A DNA stretch of 64,000 nucleotides from Methanomethylovorans hollandica DSM 15978 (lineage in GTDB: Archaea > Halobacteriota > Methanosarcinia > Methanosarcinales > Methanosarcinaceae), in the NCBI RefSeq assembly GCF_000328665.1, contig NC_019977.1, positions 868,001 through 932,000 on the forward strand, read 5' to 3'. The notes beneath the pieces were generated by a model. It saw nothing but the letters and a program-made list of their open reading frames with translations, did not search any database and was not told where the DNA came from. Within the stretch, counting starts at the first letter, position 1, and every line of letters begins with the position of its first letter. The translations under genes and the position numbers were made by a program. Positions 1 through 10,204 of the stretch are shown in pieces.

Positions 1-1
1 C

Positions 2-97
2 ACGGGCAAACCCATTCTGTTCCTGGGCATGGGCCAGGGGTACGACGACCTGCAAAAGTTCGATCCCAAGTGGTTCGTGGATCAGATATTTGAGTAA
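2..97 (+). CDS. ftsY: C-terminal fragment of SRP receptor FtsY (partial)
   Basis: Manual frame-2 translation [31 protein letters not shown]; typical SRP-GTPase C-terminus (PIxFxGxGQxxxDL) ending right after the domain, as in FtsY. Confidence 0.85.
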   Translation, partial: TGKPILFLGMGQGYDDLQKFDPKWFVDQIFE

Positions 98-140
98 AAA
101 ATTTTATTTTTTATGGTCTTGTAAACGTATGCATTCGCCT

Positions 141-920
141 TTATTGGCCACTGCATCCGGCCTTCAGTTCCCGGGCCAATTGTTCTAATCTTTCTTCCAC
201 GTTGTTCTTAGAAGCGATTATATTCACGAAGGCCGATCCCACTATTACGGCATCGGCACCGGCTGCTATGACCTCTGCAGCCTGCTTGCCATCGGAGATG
301 CCAAAGCCTACTGCTCTGGGAAGTTTTGTGCTCACTTTCTCCAGGATCTCTTTTGTGGACTTTGCCACATCAACACGGGTTCCTGTGACTCCCAGACGGG
401 ATACTATATAAATGAATCCCGAACCTTTGCTGAATATCTTTTGCATCCTGTCCTTGTCCGTTACAGGGGTTACCATGAATATCATGTCAACGTCATATGT
501 TTTACAGGCTTTGAGGATGTCATCGGCTTCCTCTATGGGCAGGTCAGGCACTATTATGCCGGTGATGCCTGATGCAGCACAGTCCTTCACGAATTTTTCC
601 ACCCCTCTTCTGAAGATGAGGTTATAGTATGTCATACATACTAGTGGAATGTGTTCTTTAATAGATGCTGCAAGAGAGAAATACACATCTGTGTTCATAC
701 CGGCTTCCAGGGCCCTGTCAGATGCTGCCTGTATAGTCGGTCCGTCTGCCACAGGGTCCGAGAAAGGCAAGCCCAGTTCCACTATGTCAGCTCCACCCTT
801 TACAAGTGCATGCACATATTCTCTCGTGGCATCTGTACTTGGGTCACCTGCACATAAGTAAGCAATGAGGGCTTTCTCATTCTTTGCTTTCAGTTCCCGG
901 AACTTATCTGCTATCCTCAT
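141..920 (-). CDS. trpA: Tryptophan synthase alpha subunit
   Basis: [24 protein letters not shown] and ADAVIVGSA motifs; overlaps trpB stop. Confidence 0.97.
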   Translation of the reverse strand: MRIADKFRELKAKNEKALIAYLCAGDPSTDATREYVHALVKGGADIVELGLPFSDPVADGPTIQAASDRALEAGMNTDVYFSLAASIKEHIPLVCMTYYNLIFRRGVEKFVKDCAASGITGIIVPDLPIEEADDILKACKTYDVDMIFMVTPVTDKDRMQKIFSKGSGFIYIVSRLGVTGTRVDVAKSTKEILEKVSTKLPRAVGFGISDGKQAAEVIAAGADAVIVGSAFVNIIASKNNVEERLEQLARELKAGCSGQ

Positions 921-2116
921 AATTTCTCATCACCTGCAGTTGCTTTTACCTTTAATACAGTTTCAAGGTCTTTATCCCCTCTTCCTGAAAGGCTCACTAC
1001 CACCAGGTCCCCAAGTTCACCTGTGTCTGCCATTTTCTTTATGTATGCCAGTGCATGAGATGATTCCAGCGCCGGGATTATACCTTCAAGCCTGCAAAGT
1101 TCATGGAATGCATCCAGAGCTTCCTGATCATTCACACTGCCTGGCTGAATTCTGCCTGTCTCTGCCAGGTGCGCAAGTTCAGGTCCCACTCCTGAATAAT
1201 CCAGTCCGGCAGACACAGATGTAGATTCAAGGATCTGTCCGTACTTGTCCTGCAGGATAAGCGTTCTTGCACCCTGCAAGATCCCCTCCTCACCCGCTCC
1301 AAGGGAAGCAGAATGCATTGCAGTCTTCCCCTGCACCTGCATACCGCAACCTCCCGCCTCCACCGGTAAGAGCTTCACATCAGTATCTTCTACAAAGGGG
1401 TGGAATATACCCATGGCATTGCTTCCCCCACCTGCGCAGGCAACAATGGAGTCAGGAAGCCTTCCCTCTTTTTCCATGATCTGCTGTTTGACTTCCGTGC
1501 CAATCACACTCTGGAAGTCCCTCACGATCATAGGATAAGGATGCGGTCCCACTACAGAGCCTATAAGATAGTGTGTATTTTCCACATTGGTTACCCAATC
1601 TCTCAGAGCCTCATTTATCGCATCTTTCAGGGTCATTGATCCGGACCTCACAGGATGCACCTTTGTACCCATAAGTTCCATGCGATACACATTCATTCTC
1701 TGCCTTTCCACATCCTTGGCACCCATATATACAACAGTCTCAAATCCCATGTTAGCTCCGGCCATAGCGGTTGCAGTGCCATGCTGCCCGGCTCCCGTCT
1801 CAGCAATAAGTCTTTTCTTACCCATGTATTTTGCAAGCAATGCCTGTCCTATCGTATTGTTAAGTTTGTGAGCACCACCGTGTACCAGATCCTCACGTTT
1901 GAGATATATCTTTGTACCATATTTTTTACTTAGGTTCCTTGCATGGTACAGAGGTGTGCTTCGACCGGCGAACTCTGTGAGATAGTAGTTAAGCTCCCTG
2001 AGAAACTCGGGAGCCTCCTTATATCGCTCGTATTCCTCTTCCAGTTCATTTAATGCCGGCATCAGCACTTCGGGCACGAACTGGCCACCGAACCTCCCAT
2101 AAGTAGGCTTTTGCAT
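917..2116 (-). CDS. trpB: Tryptophan synthase beta subunit
   Basis: LKREDL..GAHKLNN (PLP Lys), [22 protein letters not shown]. Confidence 0.97.
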   Translation of the reverse strand: MQKPTYGRFGGQFVPEVLMPALNELEEEYERYKEAPEFLRELNYYLTEFAGRSTPLYHARNLSKKYGTKIYLKREDLVHGGAHKLNNTIGQALLAKYMGKKRLIAETGAGQHGTATAMAGANMGFETVVYMGAKDVERQRMNVYRMELMGTKVHPVRSGSMTLKDAINEALRDWVTNVENTHYLIGSVVGPHPYPMIVRDFQSVIGTEVKQQIMEKEGRLPDSIVACAGGGSNAMGIFHPFVEDTDVKLLPVEAGGCGMQVQGKTAMHSASLGAGEEGILQGARTLILQDKYGQILESTSVSAGLDYSGVGPELAHLAETGRIQPGSVNDQEALDAFHELCRLEGIIPALESSHALAYIKKMADTGELGDLVVVSLSGRGDKDLETVLKVKATAGDEKL

Positions 2117-2185
2117 AGTTTACACTCCAGTTATCTGTATTGATCCTAATTTAGTAATAGGCCGTTTTTAATTATCTTGATCGCT

Positions 2186-2371
2186 TTAATATTCTTCAGG
2201 AATTATCAGCCAGGCTATAAAATACGCTGGAATCCCTCCGCCACCCAGGAATATCAGAAATATCCACAGGAGCCTTACCAGAGTCGGGTCGATATTCAGA
2301 TATGCTCCGATTCCTCCACATACTCCTGCAATGATTCTTTCACTTTTGGACCTGGAAAGTTTTTTGTACAT
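2186..2371 (-). CDS. PspC-domain membrane protein
   Basis: KKLSRS..ERIIAGVCGGIGAY.NIDPTLVRL...YFIAWLIIP is the PspC signature. Confidence 0.9.
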   Translation of the reverse strand: MYKKLSRSKSERIIAGVCGGIGAYLNIDPTLVRLLWIFLIFLGGGGIPAYFIAWLIIPEEY

Positions 2372-3164
2372 TTTTTGTCTCCACTAGCTCCTTTGTCTTA
2401 TGGTATATATCATCGCTTTTAATTATAGCGGTCCCTATGAGGAGAGCATCGGCACCAGCCTCTGTTACCGTTCTCACATCTGCGCCTGAATGTATTCCAC
2501 TTTCGCTGATGATAATGTGGTCAGTGCCATGGTCAATATCGTATTTCCTTACAAGCGGAGCCAGTGCTATGGTGTTGTTAAGGCTCACTTCCATAGTATG
2601 GAAATTCCTGTTATTGATGCCTATTAGTTTTGCATTTGTTGCAAGGGCTATGTATAGTTCTTCTTCGCTTTGTGTTTCCACCAGTGGCTCCATGCCCTTT
2701 GCAATAGCAAGGTTTACAAATTCTCCGAGTCTTGCTCCAAGTACGCTTGTTATTAATAATATGATGTCACAGGATATTTCCCCAAGCTGTTTTTCATCAA
2801 TGATGAAGTCCTTCCGGAGCACCGGTATATCCACTTCTCTTCTGACATTTTCTAAGTTAGCAAGCGATCCGTGAAAGAATTTTGGCTCAGTCAGTACCGA
2901 AATAGCAACAGCTCCCGCTCTTTCCATTTGCATTGCTATGGCGGCTGCCTTTTCCGGTGGTATATCCATATATTTATGTGAGGGTGATGCAGGCTTCACT
3001 TCCGAGATAACTGGTATATGACCTTCTGTTTGTTTTTTCCGTATAGCAGCTAATATATCTCTTTTCTTGTCCTTTTTCATGTCACGTTCATTCTGATCAG
3101 GAATCTTTATAGCAGCTGCTCTTTTAGACGTTTCATTAAGGATCTGATTAACAACATCGTGCAT
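2340..3164 (-). CDS. trpC: Indole-3-glycerol phosphate synthase
   Basis: ISEVKPASPS, AISVLTEPKFFHGS, LRKDFI, GINNRN, SESGI motifs. Confidence 0.95.
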   Translation of the reverse strand: MHDVVNQILNETSKRAAAIKIPDQNERDMKKDKKRDILAAIRKKQTEGHIPVISEVKPASPSHKYMDIPPEKAAAIAMQMERAGAVAISVLTEPKFFHGSLANLENVRREVDIPVLRKDFIIDEKQLGEISCDIILLITSVLGARLGEFVNLAIAKGMEPLVETQSEEELYIALATNAKLIGINNRNFHTMEVSLNNTIALAPLVRKYDIDHGTDHIIISESGIHSGADVRTVTEAGADALLIGTAIIKSDDIYHKTKELVETKNVQKTFQVQK

Positions 3165-3449
3165 TATATCCTCTTTATCTACATTGGTGTATAACTATGT
3201 ACATGCCATACTTTGTACTTAAAGATTTTGCCAGAGGGTGGTAATAAAATCTATGTCGGGATGGCACTTCTTTTCACGATGAATTTTTGTGGTATTCTTT
3301 GGCTTATTTACGAATCTGTTTACGCTTCAATTATTACAAAAGATAAGTCTGGGATGTTTAATTTTTGGATTTGCAACCATATCTTTTTTATATATTAACT
3401 AGTAATATAATTTTATTCGTATACTATAGGTGTTGAAAGGAGAACATAC

Positions 3450-4256
3450 ATGAAAGCAAACAGAAGAAAAACATTATTTAAAAACACAGGTGCCCAGGTG
3501 GGTATAGGCACTCTTATTATCTTTATTGCAATGGTGCTTGTTGCAGCCGTGGCTGCGGCTGTACTCATCCAGACATCGGGTACATTGCAGCAGAAGGCTC
3601 AGTCTACAGGTAAGCAGGCCACTCAGGAAGTATCTTCAAACCTGATTGTTAAAAACATTGAGGGTGTACGCGCAAAGAACAGTGCTACTGATATGTCCTC
3701 TACCATAGATCTGCTAAAGCTAAAAGTTGGTTTGAATGTAGGAAGTGCCTCAGTAGATGTAAACCAGGTGGTTGTCTCTATTACTGATGGTACCACTGCA
3801 AATAACCTCGTTTATGCAGCCAATCAGAAAACATATGCAAACATTGGTGCTTCCGATGGAGCTATGGATGGGTTTAATGTCTCTGATTCAGCCAATAATC
3901 TGCAACTCCTTCTTGTAAATACAACTACGGCAAGCACCACGTTCAACAATTGTGATCACTTCTTTACAGTAGACAGGATACGTGATGAAGACGCTTCGTT
4001 CTCCCAGTCCAATCCTGTGATGAACACCGGTGATCTTATCAACTTATACCTGGCTACAACCTCTGCCAGCTCAACCGGCTTTAACTATGTAAGTACCATA
4101 GATACTTCAGCAGGTCTTAAGAATTCACGCCTTAACCTGGTGCCGAGGACAATTGTTAATATAATTCTTACTCCCGAGTCTGGTGTAGTGACAAATGCTG
4201 ATTTTGTGACGCCTTCATCATACGGTGTGAAAGAGGCCGTACAGCTTTATCCATAA
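3450..4256 (+). CDS. flaB: Archaellin (archaeal flagellin) 1
   Basis: Class III signal peptide followed by [30 protein letters not shown]-terminal LTPESG...TPSSYG...LYP. Confidence 0.95.
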   Translation: MKANRRKTLFKNTGAQVGIGTLIIFIAMVLVAAVAAAVLIQTSGTLQQKAQSTGKQATQEVSSNLIVKNIEGVRAKNSATDMSSTIDLLKLKVGLNVGSASVDVNQVVVSITDGTTANNLVYAANQKTYANIGASDGAMDGFNVSDSANNLQLLLVNTTTASTTFNNCDHFFTVDRIRDEDASFSQSNPVMNTGDLINLYLATTSASSTGFNYVSTIDTSAGLKNSRLNLVPRTIVNIILTPESGVVTNADFVTPSSYGVKEAVQLYP

Positions 4257-4287
4257 TATCTTCGGGTTTGTTAAAGGAGACGATCTT

Positions 4288-5073
4288 ATGAAATCTAACC
4301 GAAAATATAATTTATACAGGAACAGTAGTGCTCAGGTGGGCATTGGTACCCTTATCATCTTCATTGCCATGGTACTTGTAGCCGCAGTGGCAGCTGCTGT
4401 GCTCATCCAAACATCTGGTACACTGCAGCAGAAAGCCCAATCCACAGGCAAGGAGGCCACTCAGGAGGTTTCATCCAATCTGATCGTGAAGGGCATAGAC
4501 GGTATCAGGGCCAAGAATTCTACTGCCGATCTGGCAGGCAATATTTCTCTGCTCAAGTTAAAGGTAGGTCTTAATGTTGGTAGCTCCTCGGTGGATGTCA
4601 ACCAGGTGGTCATTTCTATCACTGATGGAACTGGTACGAATAACCTGATCTATGCCAACAATCATAAGACATATGGGTATACCATGAAGGATTTTGATGT
4701 TTCTGCAACTGCAGCTGACAATCTGCATGATCTGCTTACAGGCACACAGGCTGCACCTGGCGCAAATGCGAAATATTACTTCACTGTGGAAAAGATCCGT
4801 GACGAAGATGGGTCTTTCACTCAGGGAAAGCCGGTAATGAATACAGGTGACCTGGCTATCTTTTATGTTTCAACCGTATGTGCAGGAGACACGACCTTTG
4901 ACAAGATTGGTACAACTACTGTAAGTAAGGCCCAGAAAGATTCAGGGCTGGAAGTAGGACCCAGAGCAACTATAAGTATTGTGCTCACGCCTGAATCAGG
5001 TGTAGTGACAAATGCTGATTTCATAACACCTTCTTCCTACGGTACCAAGGAAACGGTTGTTCTGTATCCATAA
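4288..5073 (+). CDS. flaB: Archaellin 2
   Basis: Same conserved archaellin N-terminal helix and C-terminus. Confidence 0.95.
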   Translation: MKSNRKYNLYRNSSAQVGIGTLIIFIAMVLVAAVAAAVLIQTSGTLQQKAQSTGKEATQEVSSNLIVKGIDGIRAKNSTADLAGNISLLKLKVGLNVGSSSVDVNQVVISITDGTGTNNLIYANNHKTYGYTMKDFDVSATAADNLHDLLTGTQAAPGANAKYYFTVEKIRDEDGSFTQGKPVMNTGDLAIFYVSTVCAGDTTFDKIGTTTVSKAQKDSGLEVGPRATISIVLTPESGVVTNADFITPSSYGTKETVVLYP

Positions 5074-5103
5074 GGTGAGTATTCTCACCTTTGATCTTTT
5101 TTT
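5072..5103 (+). terminator. Hairpin plus T-tract after archaellin 2
   Basis: AAGGTGAG-TATT-CTCACCTT 8-bp stem followed by TGATC and a T-run directly after the stop codon. Confidence 0.6.
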
Positions 5104-5540
5104 ATTCGGCATTTTCTTCAATATTGGTATTGTGTCTATTTCCTTTCTAAATTGACCTCTTTTTGATCTAAGATCACTTTTTGGTCAACAGCATTTCACT
5201 TATCACATCTTCTTGCTTTTCTGGATCTTTTATAACCCCTCGATTCAAAGCAAAGAAGAAAATACAAGCCTCATCTTATTGGTACGGCGAGGTGAGCCAC
5301 AAAACCCACAAATTGAGCAATTACATGAACAAAAATCTTAACGCAGGTAAAAGAAGCAGTATGCAGTCTTTAGATGTGTATTTTATGAGCCTTAGCAAGC
5401 ATGGGGTAATTTTTAACTTCACGTGATGAATAAGTAACCTCTCTGATCCATAGTTCTAAATCAATGCTTTTAGGCGGAAGAATAAATGATAGTTGCGGGT
5501 CGATATTTTTCCGATCATTGATAAATCACGTGAATATGCT

Positions 5541-5909
5541 TCAGGGCATTCTTTCGATAATATCTTCCATACGTTTTGTCTTTTTATAGAAATCAGTGGT
5601 GTCTTTGAGAAAATTGGCAGCTATGATCCCTTTATCAGTGATGATGTATCCTCCTCTTTTAACCTTCTCGACCAACCCCTCAAGCTGAAAGACCGTTTTC
5701 ATTTTGCTTCCAATACTTCCTTTATCTGCAAAACGGTCAGTGTACTCTCTTATATCAGCAAACTCAGTGACTTCCCCTTCATTCTTGTTCAGAACAAGCA
5801 GAATGAGCCTGTACTGGATGTCTCCTGGACCTTGGTTTATACCAAGGGACTGATAGAAATCAGCAGCTTTTTGTTCCATCTCGACATCTATCTCATAAGT
5901 CATTTTCAT
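5541..5909 (-). CDS. Putative winged-helix DNA-binding protein
   Basis: GAGGAGG-type RBS before ATG at 5909; C-terminal GLVEKVKRGGYIITDKG resembles a wHTH wing; overlaps the upstream membrane gene. Confidence 0.6.
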   Translation of the reverse strand: MKMTYEIDVEMEQKAADFYQSLGINQGPGDIQYRLILLVLNKNEGEVTEFADIREYTDRFADKGSIGSKMKTVFQLEGLVEKVKRGGYIITDKGIIAANFLKDTTDFYKKTKRMEDIIERMP

Positions 5910-6669
5910 CCTCCTCTTCTTCTTCATATCTCTCATGCTGGGATTTTTTTATGCCGAGTGTTTTTTGCAAAGTTGAGGGAGGGAAGTAAGCGAGGAATGC
6001 CAGCACGGTACCAATGAGAACAAAGATCCTTGCAGCCATTTGCATAACATCCAGGTTTGTTATCATATCCGTAAGCATAAAATCAAAGACAAAGGAGATT
6101 GACACCAGGGGAAGGGTAGTCCTATATCTCAGGTGGCGGGGCATGCGCTGGAGGAATATCAACAGCATCATTCCCAGCATCATTGCTATGGGAATGACAA
6201 AAAGTCCAACAAGATATATATTAATGGCAATATCACTGTTGATGCTGAACATTGAGGAATATCCGGTGATAGTGGGTCCAATGACACCATTGGAGTAAAG
6301 CAACGCCAGATATGTCGCTCCGAAAAGTATGAACAGGAAAGAAATATAACTACTTCTCTTCTGATTACCTGTTATTACATATAGTATAAAGAACACGAGG
6401 GGAACAGTGACCGTTGAAAAAGGCACTGCTGCAAGGTTATACATGATCAGGTCAAGGGATGGATGACCTGTAAATGCTGCTGCCATGCGAATGGTAGTAG
6501 GCAGATATGTTAAGGCCACCAGTGACCAGAGAATTACAAGAGCCCATAGAGCAGGCTTGCTTTTTTCATTGTGTTTATCCTCACTGCTTGCAAGCACCCA
6601 TGCAAAAGCAAATGAGGAAACAGTTATTGCAAAGCATATTGTTGCATTAAGTATCAATCCTGCTATCAT
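5893..6669 (-). CDS. Polytopic (~7 TM) membrane protein, possible stand-alone sensor
   Basis: About seven hydrophobic segments and an acidic C-tail; no catalytic motif recognised; start taken at ATG 6669 (track 6690). Confidence 0.75.
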   Translation of the reverse strand: MIAGLILNATICFAITVSSFAFAWVLASSEDKHNEKSKPALWALVILWSLVALTYLPTTIRMAAAFTGHPSLDLIMYNLAAVPFSTVTVPLVFFILYVITGNQKRSSYISFLFILFGATYLALLYSNGVIGPTITGYSSMFSINSDIAINIYLVGLFVIPIAMMLGMMLLIFLQRMPRHLRYRTTLPLVSISFVFDFMLTDMITNLDVMQMAARIFVLIGTVLAFLAYFPPSTLQKTLGIKKSQHERYEEEEEDENDL

Positions 6670-6834
6670 TTTACATCCCCTGTCAGGCATATTATTATAT
6701 AATGTTTTTTATATATATATATATCTATTACGCAAGGGGCTATTTGATGCTTTTTGTTGAGATTCCCCTCCAAACTTATATATACTATTATTTTTATATA
6801 AAAAAACAACAAATAGTCGTGTAGAGGATTGTAC

Positions 6835-7647
6835 ATGAAAGCAAACAAAACACTTACCATGAAGAAAGATACCAATGCTCAGGTAGGCATTGGTACACTG
6901 ATCATCTTCATCGCAATGGTGCTCGTTGCAGCTGTGGCAGCAGCAGTGCTCATTCAGACATCAGGTACACTGCAGCAGAAGGCACAGTCAACTGGTAAAC
7001 AGGCAACTCAGGAAGTATCTTCAAATCTCATCGTTAAGAATATTGAAGGTGTGCGTGCAAAGGATAGTGCCGTAGTTCTGTCGTCAACTATCGACCTTTT
7101 AAGGCTGAAAGTTGGTCTGAATGTAGGTAGTCAATCTGTGGACGTAAATCAGGTAGTTATCTCTATTACTGACGGTACCACTGCCAACAATCTCGTGTAC
7201 GCAGCCAATGATAAAACATATGCAACTGTCGGTGCGGCCGATGGGGCAATGGATGGTTTTAGTTCCTCCAGTCCTGCCACGAATCTTCAGAAGTTACTTA
7301 CAGCCAATACTACAGCAAACAGCAATTTTAACAACTCCGACCATTACTTTACAGTAGATAAGATCCGTGATGAAGACGCCTCTTTCTCCCAGTCTAATCC
7401 AGTGATGAACACTGGCGATCTTATAAACGTATACATAGCAACAACTTCATCATCAGCAGCTTCAGCTGGGTATGACTATGTGAGTACCACGGTTACTTCG
7501 GGGGTCCTTAAACAATCCGGCCTTAACCTGGTGCCGAGGTCAGTTGTCAATATCATTCTTACTCCGGAGTCTGGTGTAGTGACAAATGCTGATTTCGTGA
7601 CACCTTCGTCATATGGTGTTAAGGAAACAGTGCAGTTGTATCCATGA
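6835..7647 (+). CDS. flaB: Archaellin 3
   Basis: Archaellin N-terminus; closest to archaellin 1 (shared GAxDGAMDGF and FNNxDHxFTVD segments). Confidence 0.95.
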   Translation: MKANKTLTMKKDTNAQVGIGTLIIFIAMVLVAAVAAAVLIQTSGTLQQKAQSTGKQATQEVSSNLIVKNIEGVRAKDSAVVLSSTIDLLRLKVGLNVGSQSVDVNQVVISITDGTTANNLVYAANDKTYATVGAADGAMDGFSSSSPATNLQKLLTANTTANSNFNNSDHYFTVDKIRDEDASFSQSNPVMNTGDLINVYIATTSSSAASAGYDYVSTTVTSGVLKQSGLNLVPRSVVNIILTPESGVVTNADFVTPSSYGVKETVQLYP

Positions 7648-7676
7648 TCATGCAGTGAGCAAAAAGAGGCAATACA

Positions 7677-8459
7677 ATGGCCAGAGAAAGATCCTCTTTA
7701 AGAGATAATACCAGTGCCCAGATAGGCATTGGTACTCTTATCATTTTCATTGCCATGGTACTGATAGCCGCAGTTGCTGCCTCTGTGCTCATACAAACGT
7801 CCGGTGTGTTACAACAAATGGCACATGCTACCGGAAAGCAGGCTACCCAGGAAGTTTCATCTAATCTGGTCCTCAAAAGTATAGAAGGTATAAGGGCTAA
7901 GAACAGTTCAACCTCCATGGCTCAGAATATCTCTCTCCTTAAAATGAAGGTCGGACTTAATGTTGGCAGTTCTCCTGTCGATCTGAACCAGTTGGTTATT
8001 TCAGTCTCAGACGGCACTAATTATAATGATCTTATTTATGGTAACAACGAAAAATTATATGGGATTCTGATGAGCGATTTTTCCAGCAACTCCAGTGCAG
8101 ATACTAACCTGGAAAAATTGCTTACCTCTACTCAGGCTTCTCCGGGAGACAATGCAGCTTACTTTTTTACTGTGTCCAAGATCCGTGATGAGGACGTATC
8201 CTTTTCGCAAGGCTCTCCTATTATGAATACAGGGGATCTCGCGACGATCTATGTGTCAACAGTTTCCGGTGGAGACCTTGGGTATACGACAATTGGTCCT
8301 ATAGCTACGCACAGTTCTCAGAAGGCTTCAGGTCTGTACATTGGACCAAGAACAACTATAAACCTGGTCTTTACTCCGGAAGCCGGAACAATAACTATTG
8401 CAGAGCTCGTTACTCCCTCTTCCTACGGTATCAAAGAAACAATAAAATTATATCCATAA
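7677..8459 (+). CDS. flaB: Archaellin 4
   Basis: [21 protein letters not shown]; closest to archaellin 2 (shared TQAxPGxNAxYxFTV segment). Confidence 0.95.
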   Translation: MARERSSLRDNTSAQIGIGTLIIFIAMVLIAAVAASVLIQTSGVLQQMAHATGKQATQEVSSNLVLKSIEGIRAKNSSTSMAQNISLLKMKVGLNVGSSPVDLNQLVISVSDGTNYNDLIYGNNEKLYGILMSDFSSNSSADTNLEKLLTSTQASPGDNAAYFFTVSKIRDEDVSFSQGSPIMNTGDLATIYVSTVSGGDLGYTTIGPIATHSSQKASGLYIGPRTTINLVFTPEAGTITIAELVTPSSYGIKETIKLYP

Positions 8460-8494
8460 ATTAATATTAATTTCTATTTGGAGGTGCTCATATC

Positions 8495-9202
8495 TTGAAA
8501 GGATCAATTTTCTTAATTGCATTACTCCTTCTGGTTTCCCATGCCATGGCAGAAGCAGTCTATGAGAATGATGTACTGCTGGAAAAGAACAGTGTAAGTT
8601 TAACTATATTTGAAACATACAATTTAACTGATGCAAGTGAATTCAGAGCATCTCTGGATAGTGATAATGATTCTCAGGTAACGGAACCGGAGGTCTCTTC
8701 TTTTAAAGGATCATATCTTGCATCGAGATCTCCACAGTTCATGGAGTATGTAAAGGTGGATGATGGTAATGTGACCTTGTATATGGATTCCGTCACTATG
8801 AACCTTTACAACGCCACAGGCAAAGTCACCCAAGATCCTCTTTATGTAAGTACAACCATTAATTACGGTCTTACTCCGCAGCTAGGTGCCGATGACCATT
8901 TTATATGGGTCATGGGCCATCCCCTGATAGAAAGAATGCGTATACAGCTTCCCAAGGGTGCAGTTCTTGTTTCCAGCAATGGTCTTGAGAATATGACCAC
9001 ATTGGAAACAGACCCTGTTCTACTGGAAGGTAAGAGTGGAATCCGTAGCTTTATGGCGGATAACAGATCCACCTTTGAATATGCTACAACTGTAGAGTTC
9101 CGTGATCCTTATTTGTATGAGCATGGATATGTTCTGCCTTTTCTGTTAGGCGTAGAATTACTTTTGATCATTCTTGTCCTTCATGTGAGAAGAAAGCGTT
9201 AA
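8495..9202 (+). CDS. Secreted, C-terminally membrane-anchored protein
   Basis: Sec signal peptide, EF-hand-like DSDNDSQVTEPE, C-terminal TM helix plus RRKR; GGAGGTG RBS before TTG. Confidence 0.8.
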   Translation: MKGSIFLIALLLLVSHAMAEAVYENDVLLEKNSVSLTIFETYNLTDASEFRASLDSDNDSQVTEPEVSSFKGSYLASRSPQFMEYVKVDDGNVTLYMDSVTMNLYNATGKVTQDPLYVSTTINYGLTPQLGADDHFIWVMGHPLIERMRIQLPKGAVLVSSNGLENMTTLETDPVLLEGKSGIRSFMADNRSTFEYATTVEFRDPYLYEHGYVLPFLLGVELLLIILVLHVRRKR

Positions 9203-9226
9203 ATAATATATTTGCTTTATTATAAT

Positions 9227-10183
9227 ATGAGTTTAATGAGATCTCCAAACTTATTCCTCATATTGGTCCTTTTCATTTTTTCCATATGCGGAAGTGGCTG
9301 TTCAAGCCAGGATCCTTCAGGAACAGTGAACACTACAGTAATTGAATTTCTGGAAGCTGTTAATGCCGGCAATAAAGATCTTGCTTTCAGTATGTATCAA
9401 GGCAAGGATTTTCTGGTCCCTGCCAGCATAGAGATGTCCTTCAAGAACAAGAAATTCTCTCCAGGTGGTCTTCAAGAAGTGGTGATCACTTCAGAGGGGC
9501 ATACTGACAATGTTGCGGTTGCTACGGCGGAATGTACAGTGGCAAAACTCGATGATGATGGTAACGAGATCGAAAGAACTCTTCTTCCTGTATACTTCAA
9601 GCTTCAGGACACAGAAATTGGATGGATCATAATCAGAGTCACTTTCTCTGCTCCCCTTGAACTCTCTGAAGATGGTCTTGTCAGCATTGAGGTTCCAAAG
9701 ACTCCTATTGATCCTATCACAGAGAACGCTGTACCTATAAGTATATTTTCGGTAATGCTTTTCGGTACTGGTATATATCTCAACCAGAAGGAAAAACAAA
9801 AACACAATAATAGTAGCAGGACTGTGGATACCAGCAATGCTGCTTCCATACCCAAGGAATCTCTTGTTCAGTTCATCAGGATCGTTCCTTCACAACAAGT
9901 TGTGGCGGGCGGGAAGACAACTATTGGTGTATGGGTAAAGAATTTCTCTCAGCAGCCATACGAGAAATTCGCTGTAAAAGCCAGATTTCCTAATACTGTG
10001 GATATCAAAGAGCTCTCTCTTTTCTTTGGTTCCATAGCTGCTGGTCAGACAGTGAAGCAAAGCTGGACATTTGTGCCCAAGATGCAAGGATGGCTTGGGG
10101 TGGAAGAGCCCACTATTGTGTTCGAGTATCTGGGTACTAAATATGCCGGAACTTTAGATACGGTATGGGTCCCGGTTCAATAA
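9227..10183 (+). CDS. Putative lipoprotein with NTF2-like domain, internal TM helix and C-terminal beta-sandwich (CARDB-like) domain
   Basis: Hydrophobic leader ending ..SGC; TM segment AVPISIFSVMLFGTGIYL; C-terminal V.VKNFS...IAAGQTV..SWTF pattern. Confidence 0.7.
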   Translation: MSLMRSPNLFLILVLFIFSICGSGCSSQDPSGTVNTTVIEFLEAVNAGNKDLAFSMYQGKDFLVPASIEMSFKNKKFSPGGLQEVVITSEGHTDNVAVATAECTVAKLDDDGNEIERTLLPVYFKLQDTEIGWIIIRVTFSAPLELSEDGLVSIEVPKTPIDPITENAVPISIFSVMLFGTGIYLNQKEKQKHNNSSRTVDTSNAASIPKESLVQFIRIVPSQQVVAGGKTTIGVWVKNFSQQPYEKFAVKARFPNTVDIKELSLFFGSIAAGQTVKQSWTFVPKMQGWLGVEEPTIVFEYLGTKYAGTLDTVWVPVQ

Positions 10184-10204
10184 ATACTGATACACGGAGG
10201 CATT

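Noticed and set aside
3165..3450. EarA-type TACATA boxes upstream of archaellin 1
   Set aside because: Only partial matches in AT-rich DNA; no repeated array
5100..5540. 81-aa ORF or ncRNA in the gap after archaellin 2
   Set aside because: No RBS, motif or convincing structure
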